The translations under genes were made by a program, and so were the position numbers. Positions 38,301 to 51,856 of a stretch of DNA of 64,000 nucleotides are shown one piece after another (position 1 is the stretch's first letter; each line of letters starts with the position of its first letter). The notes beneath the pieces are model-generated. The model saw only the letters and a list, made by a program, of their open reading frames with translations. It made no database searches and was not told where the DNA came from. Source of the stretch: Leucoraja erinacea (taxonomy: Eukaryota). The stretch spans positions 14,322,001-14,386,000 of the forward strand of contig NC_073408.1 of assembly GCF_028641065.1 (NCBI RefSeq), in the 5' to 3' direction.

Positions 38301-41300
38301 GGTTTTTTTCAGGTGTGTACTGTTTATTGTGAGTGAAGGAGAGACACTACTGTACAGTGTTACCGATATTAGCAGGACATTTCCTCAGAGGTCTTTTCAA
38401 GTAATTTCCCACTTCTCAATTTTTTTCATAACCAGTGAGGTAATCTAAAAGAAAAAGTTTTTTTTTCCAGTCATATATATTTCCTCAACTTCCAATACAG
38501 CAAAGTGTACAATGTCAATTTTTAATGTATGTTGACTCCAGGGCAATATTGGTGGACTGGTGAGTCTCCAAGTATTCTCCTTCTTAAGGAGATTCTTCAA
38601 ATCTCCCTCTTAAGTTAAGAACAATTAAAGACTTTCAAAAGCAATAGGAATGACACCAAGAAGTCCCAAAATAACAATACTATGAAAACTGTGTTCTCTA
38701 CTGACATCATTACATAGAAACATAGAAATTAGGTGCAGGAGTAGGCCATTCGGCCCTTCAAGCCTGCACCGCCATTCAATATGATCATGGCTGATCATCC
38801 AACTCAGTATCCCGTACCTGCCTTCTCTCCATACCCTCTGATCCCCTTAGCCACAAGGGCCACATCTAACTCCCTCTTAAATATAGCCAATGAACTGGCC
38901 TCGACTACCCTCTGTGGCAGAGAGTTACAGAGATTCACCTCTGTGTGAAAACTCTCTGCAAGGGACCCACAAAACAAATAGAATCTGACCAATAATTTCC
39001 AGCCAATTTTGAGAAATACTTTTCATGACGTACTGTTCTGCTGGCATGGTTGTTGTTGGTGTGGACAGGAAACCACTGATTTGAGCTGATACCTAAACAT
39101 CTCGAGTTGAATATGTTTCACATCATTGTTATTTTTGATCACACTGCAATCCAGCGCTTCAAGGGCTTCCTCCAGTTGTTCCACCACATTAAACAAAAGA
39201 ATGAATGTTAATTAAAATAGTTCATACTTTTGCCAACATGCTACAGTAGGAACAAAGCAACTTACGCTCCAATTGCATTCCAAGAAAGCCATCTGAAAGC
39301 ACTTCACAAATCAGCAACAAATTGCTTTTGTGGAGTCGTCAATGATCATCAGCAGTGGTTGCTTCTTCTCTGTAGATGACAAGGCTCTCATCCACACTGG
39401 CTACATTTACAACACTGTTGTTCCCATGCTGTGTCCTCCCTCAAACATGGATAGAGTTCTCCTTGACTTCACCAAATAAATGTTATTGTTTTGTTTACTG
39501 GTGAGATGATGGAGAACTGTGCAGAGAAGGGTGGCCAGAAGCAGAATCATGCCATCCCATGTGGTTCAGCTTCTTAGTCAGACAGGAAGAAGAGTGAGAG
39601 ACTGATAGTAATCAGGGATTCAACTGTCCATGGCAACCATTTGGAGGAAGTTGAGCAATCAGAAGTTGTGGTCTTCTGAAGCAAGGAGGGTGAATTCCAT
39701 TGTCCTATCTGGGACACATGACAATAAACTCTCTTGACTTGAAGTTGCAATGCATCAGAATAACGATCAATACCCTTGATGGGGAGATTTCTGTTGGGGT
39801 GGGTTTGAATATGCTTGGCAGGGGGATGGGAACCTTGGAGAGAATTCTGAAAGGAGAGAAACAAAACAGGACATGCAAGTTAGACAAGTATAAGTGAAAT
39901 AAACAGGTACTGAAGCAAAGGCAATCAGCAAATTGGTTCAAAGTGAAAAAATATTCAAAAGATAAAATTAAAGGAGATATATCTCAATGCACACAGTATT
40001 TAGGTTTAGATTTAGGTTTATTATTGTCAGGTGTGCTGAGGTACAGTGAAAAGATTTGTTTTGCATGCTATCCAATCAGATCAAATAATAGTATTCATAA
40101 ATATAATCAAGCCAAATTCAGAAATAATAGGTCGAGCAAATGGGAAGATAGAGACAGCGAATATAGTTCCCAGCATTGTAGTGCATCAGTTCTAGAGACA
40201 ACGTCCAATGTCTGAAATAGGGTCGAGGGGAATGGGCAGTATTCATGGATGACACAGAAGCCTGATAACAGAGAAGTGGATGAACCGAATATTGGTTTGG
40301 TAATTGCCGATATGGAATTGTGATTTCTGGTTGATAAAAGTTGCCAGCTTAAGTGTGCAAGGATATGCAGTAGGTAGAAGAGACAGCAAAAGATTTCCGC
40401 TTGTATTTCTGATTGCCTGAACCCAATTATTTTGCTTTTGATGGAAAATATGCGGTATTTCTGGAAATAGGCTAATGTTTATAGGGATGGTCGTGATGAA
40501 GAGTCTGCAACCTGAAACGCTAACTTGTCCAAATATTCAAGAGACTGTAGATACAGAAATATTGGGCAAAGTACTGGAGGAACTTAACAGGTCTGGTATG
40601 GGCATGGACTGGTGACTTTCATTTCAGGACCATTCCACCAAAGAAAGTGTCCTGACCTGAAAAGTTGCCTGGCCATTCCCTCTCAAGGTCTGCCTGAGAC
40701 GCTGAGTTTCTCCAGCACATTTTGTTTTGTGTGGAGATAAGAGGAACTGCAGATGCTGGTTTATTGAAAAAGAAAGACAAAAAGTGCTGGAGTGACTCAG
40801 TGGGCCAGGCAGCATCACTGGAGAACATGAATAGGTGACAATTTGCGTTGGGACTCTTCTTCCCGAAACAGCATCTCCAGTGTTCTCCAGTGATGCTGTC
40901 TGACCTCCTGAGTTACTCAAGCACTTTGTGTCTTTTTTTGGTGTTTTACTTCAACTGGTTGCTCTTTCCACAGACATTGTCCATGGAGCCACGTGCTTCC
41001 TGCATTTCTGTTAATGTTTATACAAAATCATGCTACACAGCTGTGTTTATTTTATAGGTGCCAGTTTGGAAAAGGCTTACTCATTACTTCCATTCACCGC
41101 CTTCAGCAGCCACAGACATCTCTCCAGTACAAGCCTCTCCCACAATAGATTAAACTGAATGTACGTCACTAGCATATTACAAATGTGTTAATAGCCTGTA
41201 AGCATGAACATAATAGGGTTAAACATTGGTATAAACCAGTATCTGCAGTTCCTTATTGTTACAGAATGACAGGGTGTGGAAGTGAGTGAACAGCTGTCAA

Positions 41301-41949
41301 CTTAATTTGGAACACCCTCCAATTGCATTGACAAATTTAAATAAATAATATCTTTATTGGTGATCTTCCGTGCAGCTTTGTTTTATTAGGACTATACTAA
41401 TAGCCAATATTTATTTCATTAGAAAAAGCTAGAATAATACTAAAATAGAGAATCGGATGTGGTGCAGTATTAAAAACTTTAATTGAAGGGAAGATTAAAA
41501 AAATAAGCAGATGGAAATAAAGTGGTCAATAAAAGGGTGGTTTGTGAATGAAATGTGTTGGCAATCAGTTGTTGCTTTAGAAAATGAAAAGCAGATTGAG
41601 ATGACATATTTCAGTTAAAACCAGATACTCTGTTGATAAATGAGGCATCATAGAAACAGAGAAAATAGGTGCAGGAGTAGGCCATTCGGCCCTTCGAGCC
41701 AACACCACCATTCAATATGAACATGGCTGATCATCCAAAATCAGTACCCCCGTTCCTGCTTTCTCCCCACATCCCTTGATTCCATTAGCCTTGAGCTATA
41801 TCTAACTCTCTATTGAAAACATCCAGTGAATTGGCCTCCACTGCCTTCTGTGGCAGAGAAGTATACAGATTCACAACTCTGGAATCTGCCCTCAAGTAAA
41901 TTACATCGCGACAATGTTTCGAAAGGGAGCAGTAGAAGTCTCTCGATAA

Positions 41950-42519
41950 AGGGGCTGTCCCACTTGGGCGACCTAATTCGTGAGTTCTGGCGAGTTTGCC
42001 CTCGACTCATACTCTCAGCATGGTCGACACGAGGTCGTAGGAGATCTTTGTAACTCTCCTTCATGCACGAGAGTAGTCCCCGTGTACTCGAGGCCTCAGC
42101 TGGGTCAGGGCATATTTTTCAACATTGAAAAATGCCCGCGAGTATAAAAAGGTCGCCATAGAAAAAATCAATACTTTTTTTACTGGTAGGTTTAGTCGTA
42201 GTAGGTCGTAGTAGGTCGGCATGTTATTCATAGGTAATCTAGGGTAGTCGAAGGTAATCGAAGGTAGTCGAAAGTAGTTGTTGATAGACTTCATCATAGT
42301 CGAAGGGAGGTCGAAGGAGGTCGTCTTCACTCTCCACTATTCGGTGTCCAATTTTCCCGAAGTTAGTTGTAGCTAGTTGAAGCTGGTCTTCAACATAGTC
42401 GAAGGAGGTCGAAGGAGGTCTTCTACATAGTCAAAGGAGGTCTTCAGCATGACATTTTTTCAAACTCTCCTAATCTCTTCTAAACTCATCAATTAGGTCG
42501 CAGCAGTGGGACAGCCCCT
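41950..42519. mobile_element. PIF/Harbinger-type MITE
   Basis: TIRs AGGGGCTGTCCCACT / AGTGGGACAGCCCCT with TAA TSD at 41947-41949 and 42520-42522. Confidence 0.85.
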
Positions 42520-44908
42520 TAACGCTGCCGCACACTAATCTTTTAACAACAGATTCGTTCTTGACTCACTGGGACCCCACTCCATGCAACTTGGATTTCC
42601 ACAATTTCTGCATCACAATACGACTCCACTTCAAAGGTGTGCGGCACATCGGAGAGTCCTGAAATCAAATTATACTTTTTACAGTCTTATTACGGAGGAT
42701 ATATAAACACAGGTATTGGACAAGCAGGTAGCAGATTCAATTTACATTAGAATGTGCAGTTTGCACTTAAATCGGAAAGTAGGTTTTGCATAACTCTTCC
42801 TCATTGACCTTTAGCAAACGGTACTTCAACTCTCTTCTTACATCCTGTCTGTGTCCAGGTCACCCATTTGATAAATGTTTTGGTCACTCGATGCCATAAT
42901 GTTGACCTACTTTCCTTCTGTAATTAAAATAATTGTAATTATAATTGCAATGAATTTATTAGCCAAGTAAGTAAGCATACAAGGATTTTGATTTGCCAAC
43001 AGTCATACACAAAAGCACCAAGATACATATAACTACATAAAAATTAAACATAAACAGCCACCACAATAGCATATGAGAATCCGCAGGGCACACAGTAGAA
43101 GTGGAGACCCACAGCCATCAGTTCAATGTTCGAGTCACACACATCCGCTCCTTCACCGTGATGTGACCAGAGTTATTCAGACTGCTGTCACTCTCTCTAC
43201 AGTCCCTGTCCGCCTGAACAGTCAGAAAGCCGACCGCACTCACACCAGGCTCCGGGATGTCCTCATGGAGCCATGTCCCCGCAAATCACAGAGATCACGA
43301 CACTCCCTCCGAGTTCCCACCAGTGCAGGCAGCAGGTCCATCTTGTATTTTTGGCAACCTCACAGTCCCCACTGTGATGGAAGGCAAATAGCTTATACCT
43401 TCTTTCTTCCTTTTCTCCAATGGTCGGGGCGATCGTAGCTCCCTCAATCGGGGCAGTCAAAGCTCCTACAGTTGGAGCTCTCCCAGTCGATCCCTAACAA
43501 AGGGACTGCCAGCTCCATGATGTTTATGCGCAGTGTATGTAGATTTTAATTCAGAGGGTCTTCATTTTGAAGTCAGTTCAGGGGAAGTATGCATCTATAA
43601 TGTTAGAACAATAAACGTCAATAACTTCTTAGTGTGTGCTCTCTGTTATCGAACTAAGTTAACTACATGCCGAGTATAAACAAAATACTGCTTCAAGTCC
43701 ATATTTCTAAAAGCTTTTTAAAATTGAGTTTAATTACTATTTCCATATGTATAAGTATAAGAGTTAAAGAATCCTTACAGCCTCAAAAAATTTGTTTTTG
43801 GTCAATTTCTTTTACAGTTGACCATCTTTATTAATGAAAGCACAGTCTGCCCAAAGACATTGCTGCAATGTGAATGGTAAATAAAATTAATCTTAGGTTC
43901 CTGATATGACAATGAGCAGAAGCAATCACAAACTCACTCTGTGGCAGTCTGGAAAATAAATCAGATGCTGCGTGTGTTACCTACCTGCCTGCCATGTTGT
44001 GATAATCCCATAACTTTATATATCATTGGCATAATCACAACTGATCTAGACCAAGAACGGATTCAATGAGTTAAAGAATCCTTACAGCCTCACTGGACCT
44101 TCGAAAGCTGATTCCATCACTACACCTTATTCTTAAGGGGCAATATCTCATAGTGGGTGATGGAAATTGATCCACAGTTAAAGTCAAGAGCGTTTATTTA
44201 TCATCTCAACCACTTATGAACTGGAACAATGAAAATCTTACTTGTGGCTGCATTACAGGCACATTACATACAATAAAAAATTATTGGCCTGCAGATTTTT
44301 GTGTCACCATTTTCCCACCCACCACTGATGCTCACATCCACCCTCATGTAGTGTATCATGGAAACACAAGAGACTGGGGATGCTGGCATCTGGAGCAATA
44401 AACAAACTGCTGGAGGAATTCAATGGGTCAGGCAGCATCTGTGGAAGCAAAAGGATGGTCGACATTGCGGGTTTAGACTTTGCTGGTGTAACGTAATGTC
44501 TTTCCTTTGCAGTCAGTCGTAAAAAGCATTATTTAGTTATTGAAGGAATACATTCCTCCATTGCATGCGGTCATAATTATCTTCCTTCTGACGTTGTGGA
44601 AGGCAGCGCAAAGTTCCATGGAGAACTGAAGAATCAGAAATCAACATGTAGCCATTTGTATTGGGGAGAAGGCAAATTTAAATGGACCTTGGGCTATTCT
44701 TACTAGACAATTCATGTACTTTTTTTTTTAACGGAAAATGTTGAAAATATGTTTATTTTGTTCAAAATTTCATATCATAGAAATACATGATAAAAGTTCA
44801 CCAATTTAATGAACAAAACAACTGGCATTCACATCAATATTTTCTGTCTTAAAATCTGTTCTAAGCGTTGCCACCACACCAAGGAACATGCTTAAAAACC
44901 AGCATTTA

Positions 44909-45082
44909 CAGTGCATTCAGAAAGTAGTCAGACTTTTATTTTCAGTATTCAGTATTTTATTATGGGGTATTGTGTGTAGATTGATGATAAAAAAAAAAAA
45001 AAATAATCAATTTTTGAATAAGGATGTAACGTAACAAGATGTGGAAAAAATGAAGGGTTCTGAATACTTTCCGAATGCACTG
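44909..45082. mobile_element. Tc1/mariner-derived MITE
   Basis: TIRs CAGTGCATTCAGAAAGTA / TACTTTCCGAATGCACTG; TA on the left flank. Confidence 0.8.
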
Positions 45083-47719
45083 TGCATCCTTTCTAATTGT
45101 ACGTGGTCAGATGTGTCTCTTCAACCACTGTGACCACGATGAAACTGAACTGATCACGCGAGGATATAATGCACAAGAGAATTCTGTGACAGTTGGATAT
45201 TGTGAAGTTTGAAAGAAATGTACCAAATTAAGGGAATGTTGGCAGGAAACACTTTATTGCAACTGATGGTGTTCCTACTGGAGCACAGATACTCAACAGG
45301 TCAGTGTCTTGGTTAATATCCTTCTTTCAGCTTGTGTATTGTGGAATCAGCTCATAGATTGAAATGATCACAAAAAATTAACAAAAGCCAAAGTGTTAGG
45401 TGTGTGATTTAATCAGTCTGTGGGGAGATTTACAGAAGCTGATGATGGCTAGAAGCAGCTTAGATCTCCGGAGCAGGGATCTGAGCAGCTTGCCTCTATC
45501 TTGGCTGAGGCATCATGGCAGGACAGTTGGAGAAGGTAGGTTGCCATTTTGTAAATTCTTTACCTGTGGCTGCGTGACTAAGATAATTTGCAATGCAAAA
45601 TGTCTGAATTTTAATGAAAAGCTGGTAGGATTTTATTTACTTGGTTGAACCTCAGAATTAATTAAAGGTTTGAATTTAATTAAAAACATTCAGATTATCC
45701 TGCTTTGAACAGAGAAAGCTAAAACATGAGCTGTTCAATAATTGTGGGGGGAGTTTACAGATTTTACAGATTAAATGGCAAATAATTAATTAGGGTATTA
45801 ATAATTAAATTAGTGAGCTATTATGATGCATTTCTATGGAATTAATTTTTAACCAAAACATTATTAATTTTAAACAATTTCACTGCGATATTGAGAACAT
45901 GCAAAAACCATTCACCAATAACTGACTGCTTCAAAAACCAGCACAGGAAATGTCTAATAAGAACAGCCTAAGGTTTCTGAAGAAGGGTCTCGACCCGAAA
46001 CGGGTCACCCATTCCTTCTCTGCAGATGTGCTGCCTGTCTCGCTGAGTTACTCCAGCATTTTGTGTCCACCTTCGATTTAAACCAGCATCTGCAGTTCTT
46101 TCCAACACACCTAAGGTCCATTTAGCTTGCCTTCTACCCAATCCAAATGGCTGCAGGTTCATTTCTGATTCTTCAGTTCTCCACAAAGTTGTGTGCTGTC
46201 TTCCACAAGGAAGAAGAAAGTGGCTTTCCCTGAAGATTGAGATTTCAGAACATCGATCAGAGGTGATGATGCAATGTGAGTTTTACTTGTTATAATGTTG
46301 AGTGAAACAACATGGAAACAAACCCTTCACTTCATCGGGTCCACCCCAATAATAAAGATCCTATTCCTAAAATGATCCTCCTGTAAACCACTTTATTTGC
46401 CATATCAGCTACCCAGTCCCCACTCTATATTCTACCATTCATCTACACCCAGGGGACAAGGTGTAGATTAGTGGTGGAATCATCTACCACTGATCTATAT
46501 CCTGTGACCATTTAACCAAGTAATCCACACTAATATAAAAACAAGATGCCCATTGAGTCAGGCTGTATCCCGTGGAAAGTGAAACGGTCAATGTTTTGGG
46601 CCTGCAACTCTTTTATTAAAACTGCAAAAAGTTTCCAATGAAACATTGCCTTTATTTTCGCTGATGCTGCCTGACCTGCTGAGTTTTTCAAACACTTTTT
46701 ATTTCAGATGTTCAAGAACTTACATGCAAATTCCAGACTCAAGAGGCTTTTATTTGTCGTGTGAACAATTTATGAATGGAACAATGACATTTTTACTTCA
46801 ACAGGCACATTAAATGCAATTAAAAAATAAATAAATGTACCATTAATTATTAGTGATTGAACTGATAATTAAAGTGGATCATAGTCATCTAAACAAATCA
46901 TCCATAATCATGCAAAGTCCGTTGTAGGAAGGAACTGTAGATGCTAGATTAAACCAAAGATAGACACAAAATGCTGGAGTAACTCAACAGGACAGGCAGC
47001 ATCTATGGAGAGAAGGAATAGGTGATGTGTTTTGGCTGAGAGTTTAATTAGCACCAGGGACATTCAGAACCAGAGAAGGATTCAACTCCTGCTGCAAGAG
47101 AGTACAATGATTAGATATTTTAAGTTATAATGTACATTTTTTCAAAAAATATTATGGCATTTATTAAAAGCTACAATAAAAGTTAGAAGTGGATATTTTT
47201 AAGGAGGTGATTGACAGATTCTTGATTAAAATGTGTGTCAGGCGTTATATGCAGAAGGCAGGAGAAAGAGGTTGAGGGAGAGAGATAGAGCAGCCATGAT
47301 TGAATGGCAGTGGTGGGCTGAATGGCCTTAATCTACTATTACTTACGAATTTATGATGTTAGCAGTCACTTCAGAACTTGAAGTAATTATCAGCCAAGGA
47401 TCATAATAGCAACATTCGGATACCTCTGATGGTGTCACAAATGAAACAAATTCAGGCAGAATATTGCATCACAAACCAACATAACATTAAATCTGAAAAA
47501 GGTAAATATATTATTTAAGAAAAATAATTGATACAATGGAAAGCCAATCTTCAATTCAGACCCTCCTACCCTATCTGGTTTGATCTCCCCATCATCCACA
47601 CCTTTGCCCATTGTACCATCTATCACTTGGTCTGAAGAAGGGTTTCGGCCCTTCGTTGCCTATTTCCTTTGCTCCATAGATTTAAAAATAATTGATGCAA
47701 TGGGAAGCCAATGTTAAAG

Positions 47720-48077
47720 TGGCGGCTGAGCCGCTGAAGGAGTGCCTAGAGATGAGAGGGAAATGAGCAGCAAACGTGCAATGTCAAGCACGGGATCTGG
47801 GGGCTATGCGTGATGTGCTTTTTATGGTTGCAATATGACTGAGGGTAGGGGAAAGGAGAGGGAGGGAAAGGTGAGGGAGGGTTGGGGGGACGGGATTTTG
47901 GGGGAACGGTGAGTGGTGCGCAGGTTGGGGGCTATGAGTGAGTGGTGCAATTTGTGTTGGGGGGCGGGATGCATTGGGGTAACGGGTGAGTGGTGGAATA
48001 TTGCATTGGGGAACATGTTATTTTGGGGGACCAGGCCTCCCATGTAACAGGTACCAAACAGGTCCCGCTTAGTCTAG
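47720..48077 (+). mobile_element. Helitron-like 3' end fragment
   Basis: G-rich body, degenerate subterminal hairpin, ends CTTAGTCTAG. Confidence 0.35.
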
Positions 48078-48784
48078 GTATTAAAATACAACTCTCAAAT
48101 ATTCAGATTGCCTTATAGTTCAATATTTGTTTAGGTTACTTTTATATTCAGTTATGTAATGAATACTCTATACCTCATTTCATGCATCCCTATTCAATAT
48201 TCCAAATAATTAAAAATGGCTTCATTTCAATAAATGTTCATCAAAAATTAATAATCCAATAAAATAAAAATACACCATAAATTAAAAAAATGCACAATCA
48301 TATATATTTTAAAAATAATTGATGCAATGGGAAGCCAATGTTAAACTTAGGCCCTCTACTCCCATCTGCTTTCATCTGCTCATCATCTGCCCCTCCCCTG
48401 GATCCATTTGCACATTCTCTGCTCCCCATCTGGTTCTACGGGTTGCCAACTAATCCCCATCCCATTCTCCCACATCCAACTACATACTGGTTATCTTTTC
48501 CAATCCCCCCAACGTCCTGTTGCATGGACTCACCCAAAACATATAATACCTTCAGCCTCCCGACATTCTGCTTGACCCACTGAGTTCTTCCAGCATTCTG
48601 TTTTTGTCTCCAGTTCAGCATTGCTTTTAGTCTAGTTTTGTTTAGTTTAGAGATACAGTTTGGAAACAGGCCCTTTGGCCCACCAAGTTCACGCTGATCA
48701 ATGATCCCCTGGTGTTGTTTAAAGTGAGCTTCCGTGGGACTATTAATGGATGTAAAAATAACAAATTTATTTATGTTCCATCAG

Positions 48785-49132
48785 GAGTTCCGTTGATCAC
48801 AGAGTTGACCCAGCCACGTCTGGTCAGTGTGTGGCGGAGCCAATCCGTCACGTTAAACTGTACATTTACCTATAATGCAAGTGTGAATGCCTGGCTCCGT
48901 GTTTCCTGGTATCGGACATCGCCTGAAGGGGCTGATGCTACTTACAAAATGGACAACTTGCTCTGCATTCCTCACCCCCTCTGGGATGGTTTCAACAACT
49001 GTACGGTATCACTGAAGATTGAAAATGTATCGTTTGGTCACTCTGTTTACGATTACATTTGTGAGGTGAAGTTACCAAATGTCTTCCCTCCAATTCATGA
49101 AAAGGGCCAAGGAACAAGAATACAGGTTTATG
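48785..49132 (+). CDS. Gene C V-set (VJ-type) exon
   Basis: ccatcag acceptor, G|GTAAAG donor; 93/116 amino acids identical to gene A V. Confidence 0.95.
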
Positions 49133-51388
49133 GTAAAGTATTTCCAATACTATGATAATCTCCAGTCTCTGCACTCTATACAGGTTTATGATAAAGTATT
49201 TATATAATTCTGCAGAAATGCAGTTCCTATAGTATATATATTGATTATACTTACATATCATACCACATTTAGATACATTGACATAGATTAATAACACACA
49301 CCATGGGAAGTCAGGCTAATTAATTGTAATTCATTCCAACCAAGAAGAATAATAAGTAATTTACCAATGTTGATTGTGGAATTTTCAGTCAAATGTAGTC
49401 TGTGCAGTTATGTAGCCAAGGCAAAGGGATCATAAAATAAAGTTGGGGAAAGGTAGAAACATTGAGCAGTATAGGTTACAACTGTGTTAAGAGAAACAAT
49501 TAAAGTTTATTTTTCCACAAATTCTGCCTGAGAGCTTGCAATAGTTTTTATTTTCAACTCAGATCTCCAGCATCTGCAGTTTTAATGCAAAGAATCATAG
49601 GTTAGGTATGAAGACTATCACTGAAATTAATTTTGTGCGTCTTTCATTGTTATTATCTGCTCCAAGTGTTGGCAGGATGGATACAATGGGTTTAGAGGGT
49701 TAATGGCCAGGCGCAGGCAGGTGGTACGAGTGTAGATGGGGAATATAGGTTAGCGTGGGCAAGTTGGGCCGAAGGGCCTGTTTCCATGCTGTATGACTCT
49801 ATTAGCTGGTTTTACAATTGTTAAAATATTCCAAATATTTGGATTGCCTATACTTCAATACATGTTTAGGTTAAATTTATATTCAGTAATCTACTTGATA
49901 ATTTAGTAGTTTGTATGTTAGATACCTATGTGCACTTACACTTAGGTTGTAAGCTGCAGGCAAATGGGTCTAGATCCTAATCCTAACATTGTGGGGAATG
50001 GGTATGGTGGGCCAAAGGGCTTATTTCCATTCTGTACAGCACTATAACTCTATAACCACCTCCAAAATTCTCCGTCATCACTGCTTAATCTACAAAGTTT
50101 GAAAGATTATTACCATGGTCTTTACATTTTTCTCTTCTCTTTGGCGGATTATTCTCTCTCTCCTGCAATGCACTGACCCCCTTCATCAATACTGCCACGT
50201 CCCTTCTTGTCTTCCCTTCCCCATCCTTCTGCAGTATCTTCATCCAAGAATGTTACACTTTCTTTTTGGACATATCTCTGGTTTTCTTGTCACATTCTAA
50301 TCCTGGGTGTTCAGTTGGTCTTTCAGGTCACCAACAATTGTTAAATCCATATCTGATGTTAAATGCAGCTCTGTTTAACCTGTTCACTGCCAATTTTTTT
50401 TTCACTTTTGGCCAATGACCCAAGTATACTCGGGGGTGGCACTAAACAGGTTAAATGTGTAACGTACTCTGTCTATTCCTGCGTAACAACTCTCTATTAT
50501 TTGTTCTGGAAAAATGGATCACTGTCAATTTGTTCTGCTTCCTATAGAGATCCCGACAATTATTCCTTCCTTGACCCTAACTCTACTCCCCCTCTCCTGA
50601 ACAGTTGACCGACCCAGGACGTAAAGGATCTTGGCTCTGTTTGCTTCTCCCCTCAGTACACACAACTGAATGGTGAATAGGGTAAGATGTCCTGAGAGGT
50701 CAAGGCCCGAAATGTCACCTGTACCTTCTCCAGAGATGCTGTCTGACCCACTGAGTTACCCCAGCTTTTTGTGTCTATCTTCAGTTTAAACCAGCATTTG
50801 CAGTTCTACATTTGCTACATATGCCCTGAGAGGTCTTTGGCTTAATATCGATAATATCAAAAACAAAAGAGCAATCCAACCAAGACCTCAACAGTGGAAC
50901 AGGCGGAGAATGATGGCTGTCCTTTGTGGAGTGTCACAACGGCTGGGAAGGTGGATGAAGGCTGCAGTAGGAAAGGGTCTCCGGTCATCTTAGATTCCAT
51001 GCCACTGGATCCTGACCCAGATCTGTCAAGGACTGTGGGGTGGCTGTCTGTGCACCAGCCTCCCCACGTTAAACAAAGTCACGCACAGGTGTCCTCCATA
51101 TAGGGAATAACATTCTGGAGACACCCATAGTCAGCCATGACCGAAGGGGGCCTAAGCAGAGTAGGTCATGCAAACTTTGTCAACATTTATCCAAGTTAAC
51201 AATTAACAATACAATTTATAACACTCATGGGAATACCTTTGTGTGGGTCTACAAGACATTGGTTATCACCAGGAAAAAATAATATTTCTGATTCACATTT
51301 ACTGAAGTGGAATTGTTGTTAACATTAAAGATAGACACACAATGCTGATGTAACACAATGGGACAGGCAGCATCTCTGGAGAGAAGGA

Positions 51389-51428
51389 ATGGGTGATGTT
51401 TCAGGTCAAGACCCTTCTTCAGACCTAT
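51389..51428 (-). ncRNA. Minimal type-I hammerhead-ribozyme-like motif in a Penelope-type short repeat
   Basis: ATAGGT-CTGAAGA-A-GGGTC-TT-GACCT-GAAA-CA-TC-ACCCAT; similar motifs at 3640-3670, ~45976-46012 and 58202-58231. Confidence 0.5.
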
Positions 51429-51529
51429 ATAGATTGTGGATAAATGCTAACTAACATGCTTTGTTCTTTTTATTTAGCATGTAAGTATATAGCACAACAT
51501 ATAACTTTGTTTCATGTTATTTGTTCCAG

Positions 51530-51856
51530 TCCCAGAATCTACACCAAAAATTCTAATGACTCAGGGAGATTTAATAGCAGAGAAAGCATCTGTTTTGTAC
51601 TGCCATGCATGGGGATTTTATCCTGAGAACATCACAATGCAATGGCAACATCCTCACAAAACTCAAGCTACAAAATCAGATGTTATTATTACCACAAAAC
51701 TCTCCCCTTCCAGGAACTCTGATGGCACATTTAATGCAACAAGTCAAATTAGTTTTACTCCCACCTTGCAAGACCACAGGACAGTCTGTACTTGTCAGGT
51801 TCTTCATACAACAAGCAAAGAGTGGATAATGCAACACATAACACTCAACGTTAATT
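51530..51856 (+). CDS. Gene C C1-set exon
   Basis: ttccag acceptor (alternative in-frame acceptor at 51536), T|GTAAGT donor; canonical C1 motifs LYCHAWGFYPENITMQW, NSDGTF, CQVLH. Confidence 0.93.

Noticed and set aside
39015-39680. Protein-like minus-strand stretches (e.g. VVEQLEEALEALDCSVIK)
   Set aside because: Broken by stops and no family recognised; possibly an old pseudogene or transposon, but not supportable.
45400-45540. Candidate leader exon for gene C ending GAAG|GTAGGT
   Set aside because: The encoded peptide is not hydrophobic and has no similarity to the A/B leader.
11514-49132. Rearranging Ig/TCR locus
   Set aside because: Each V exon already contains its J-like strand and ends in a splice donor; no RSS or separate D/J segments are visible.
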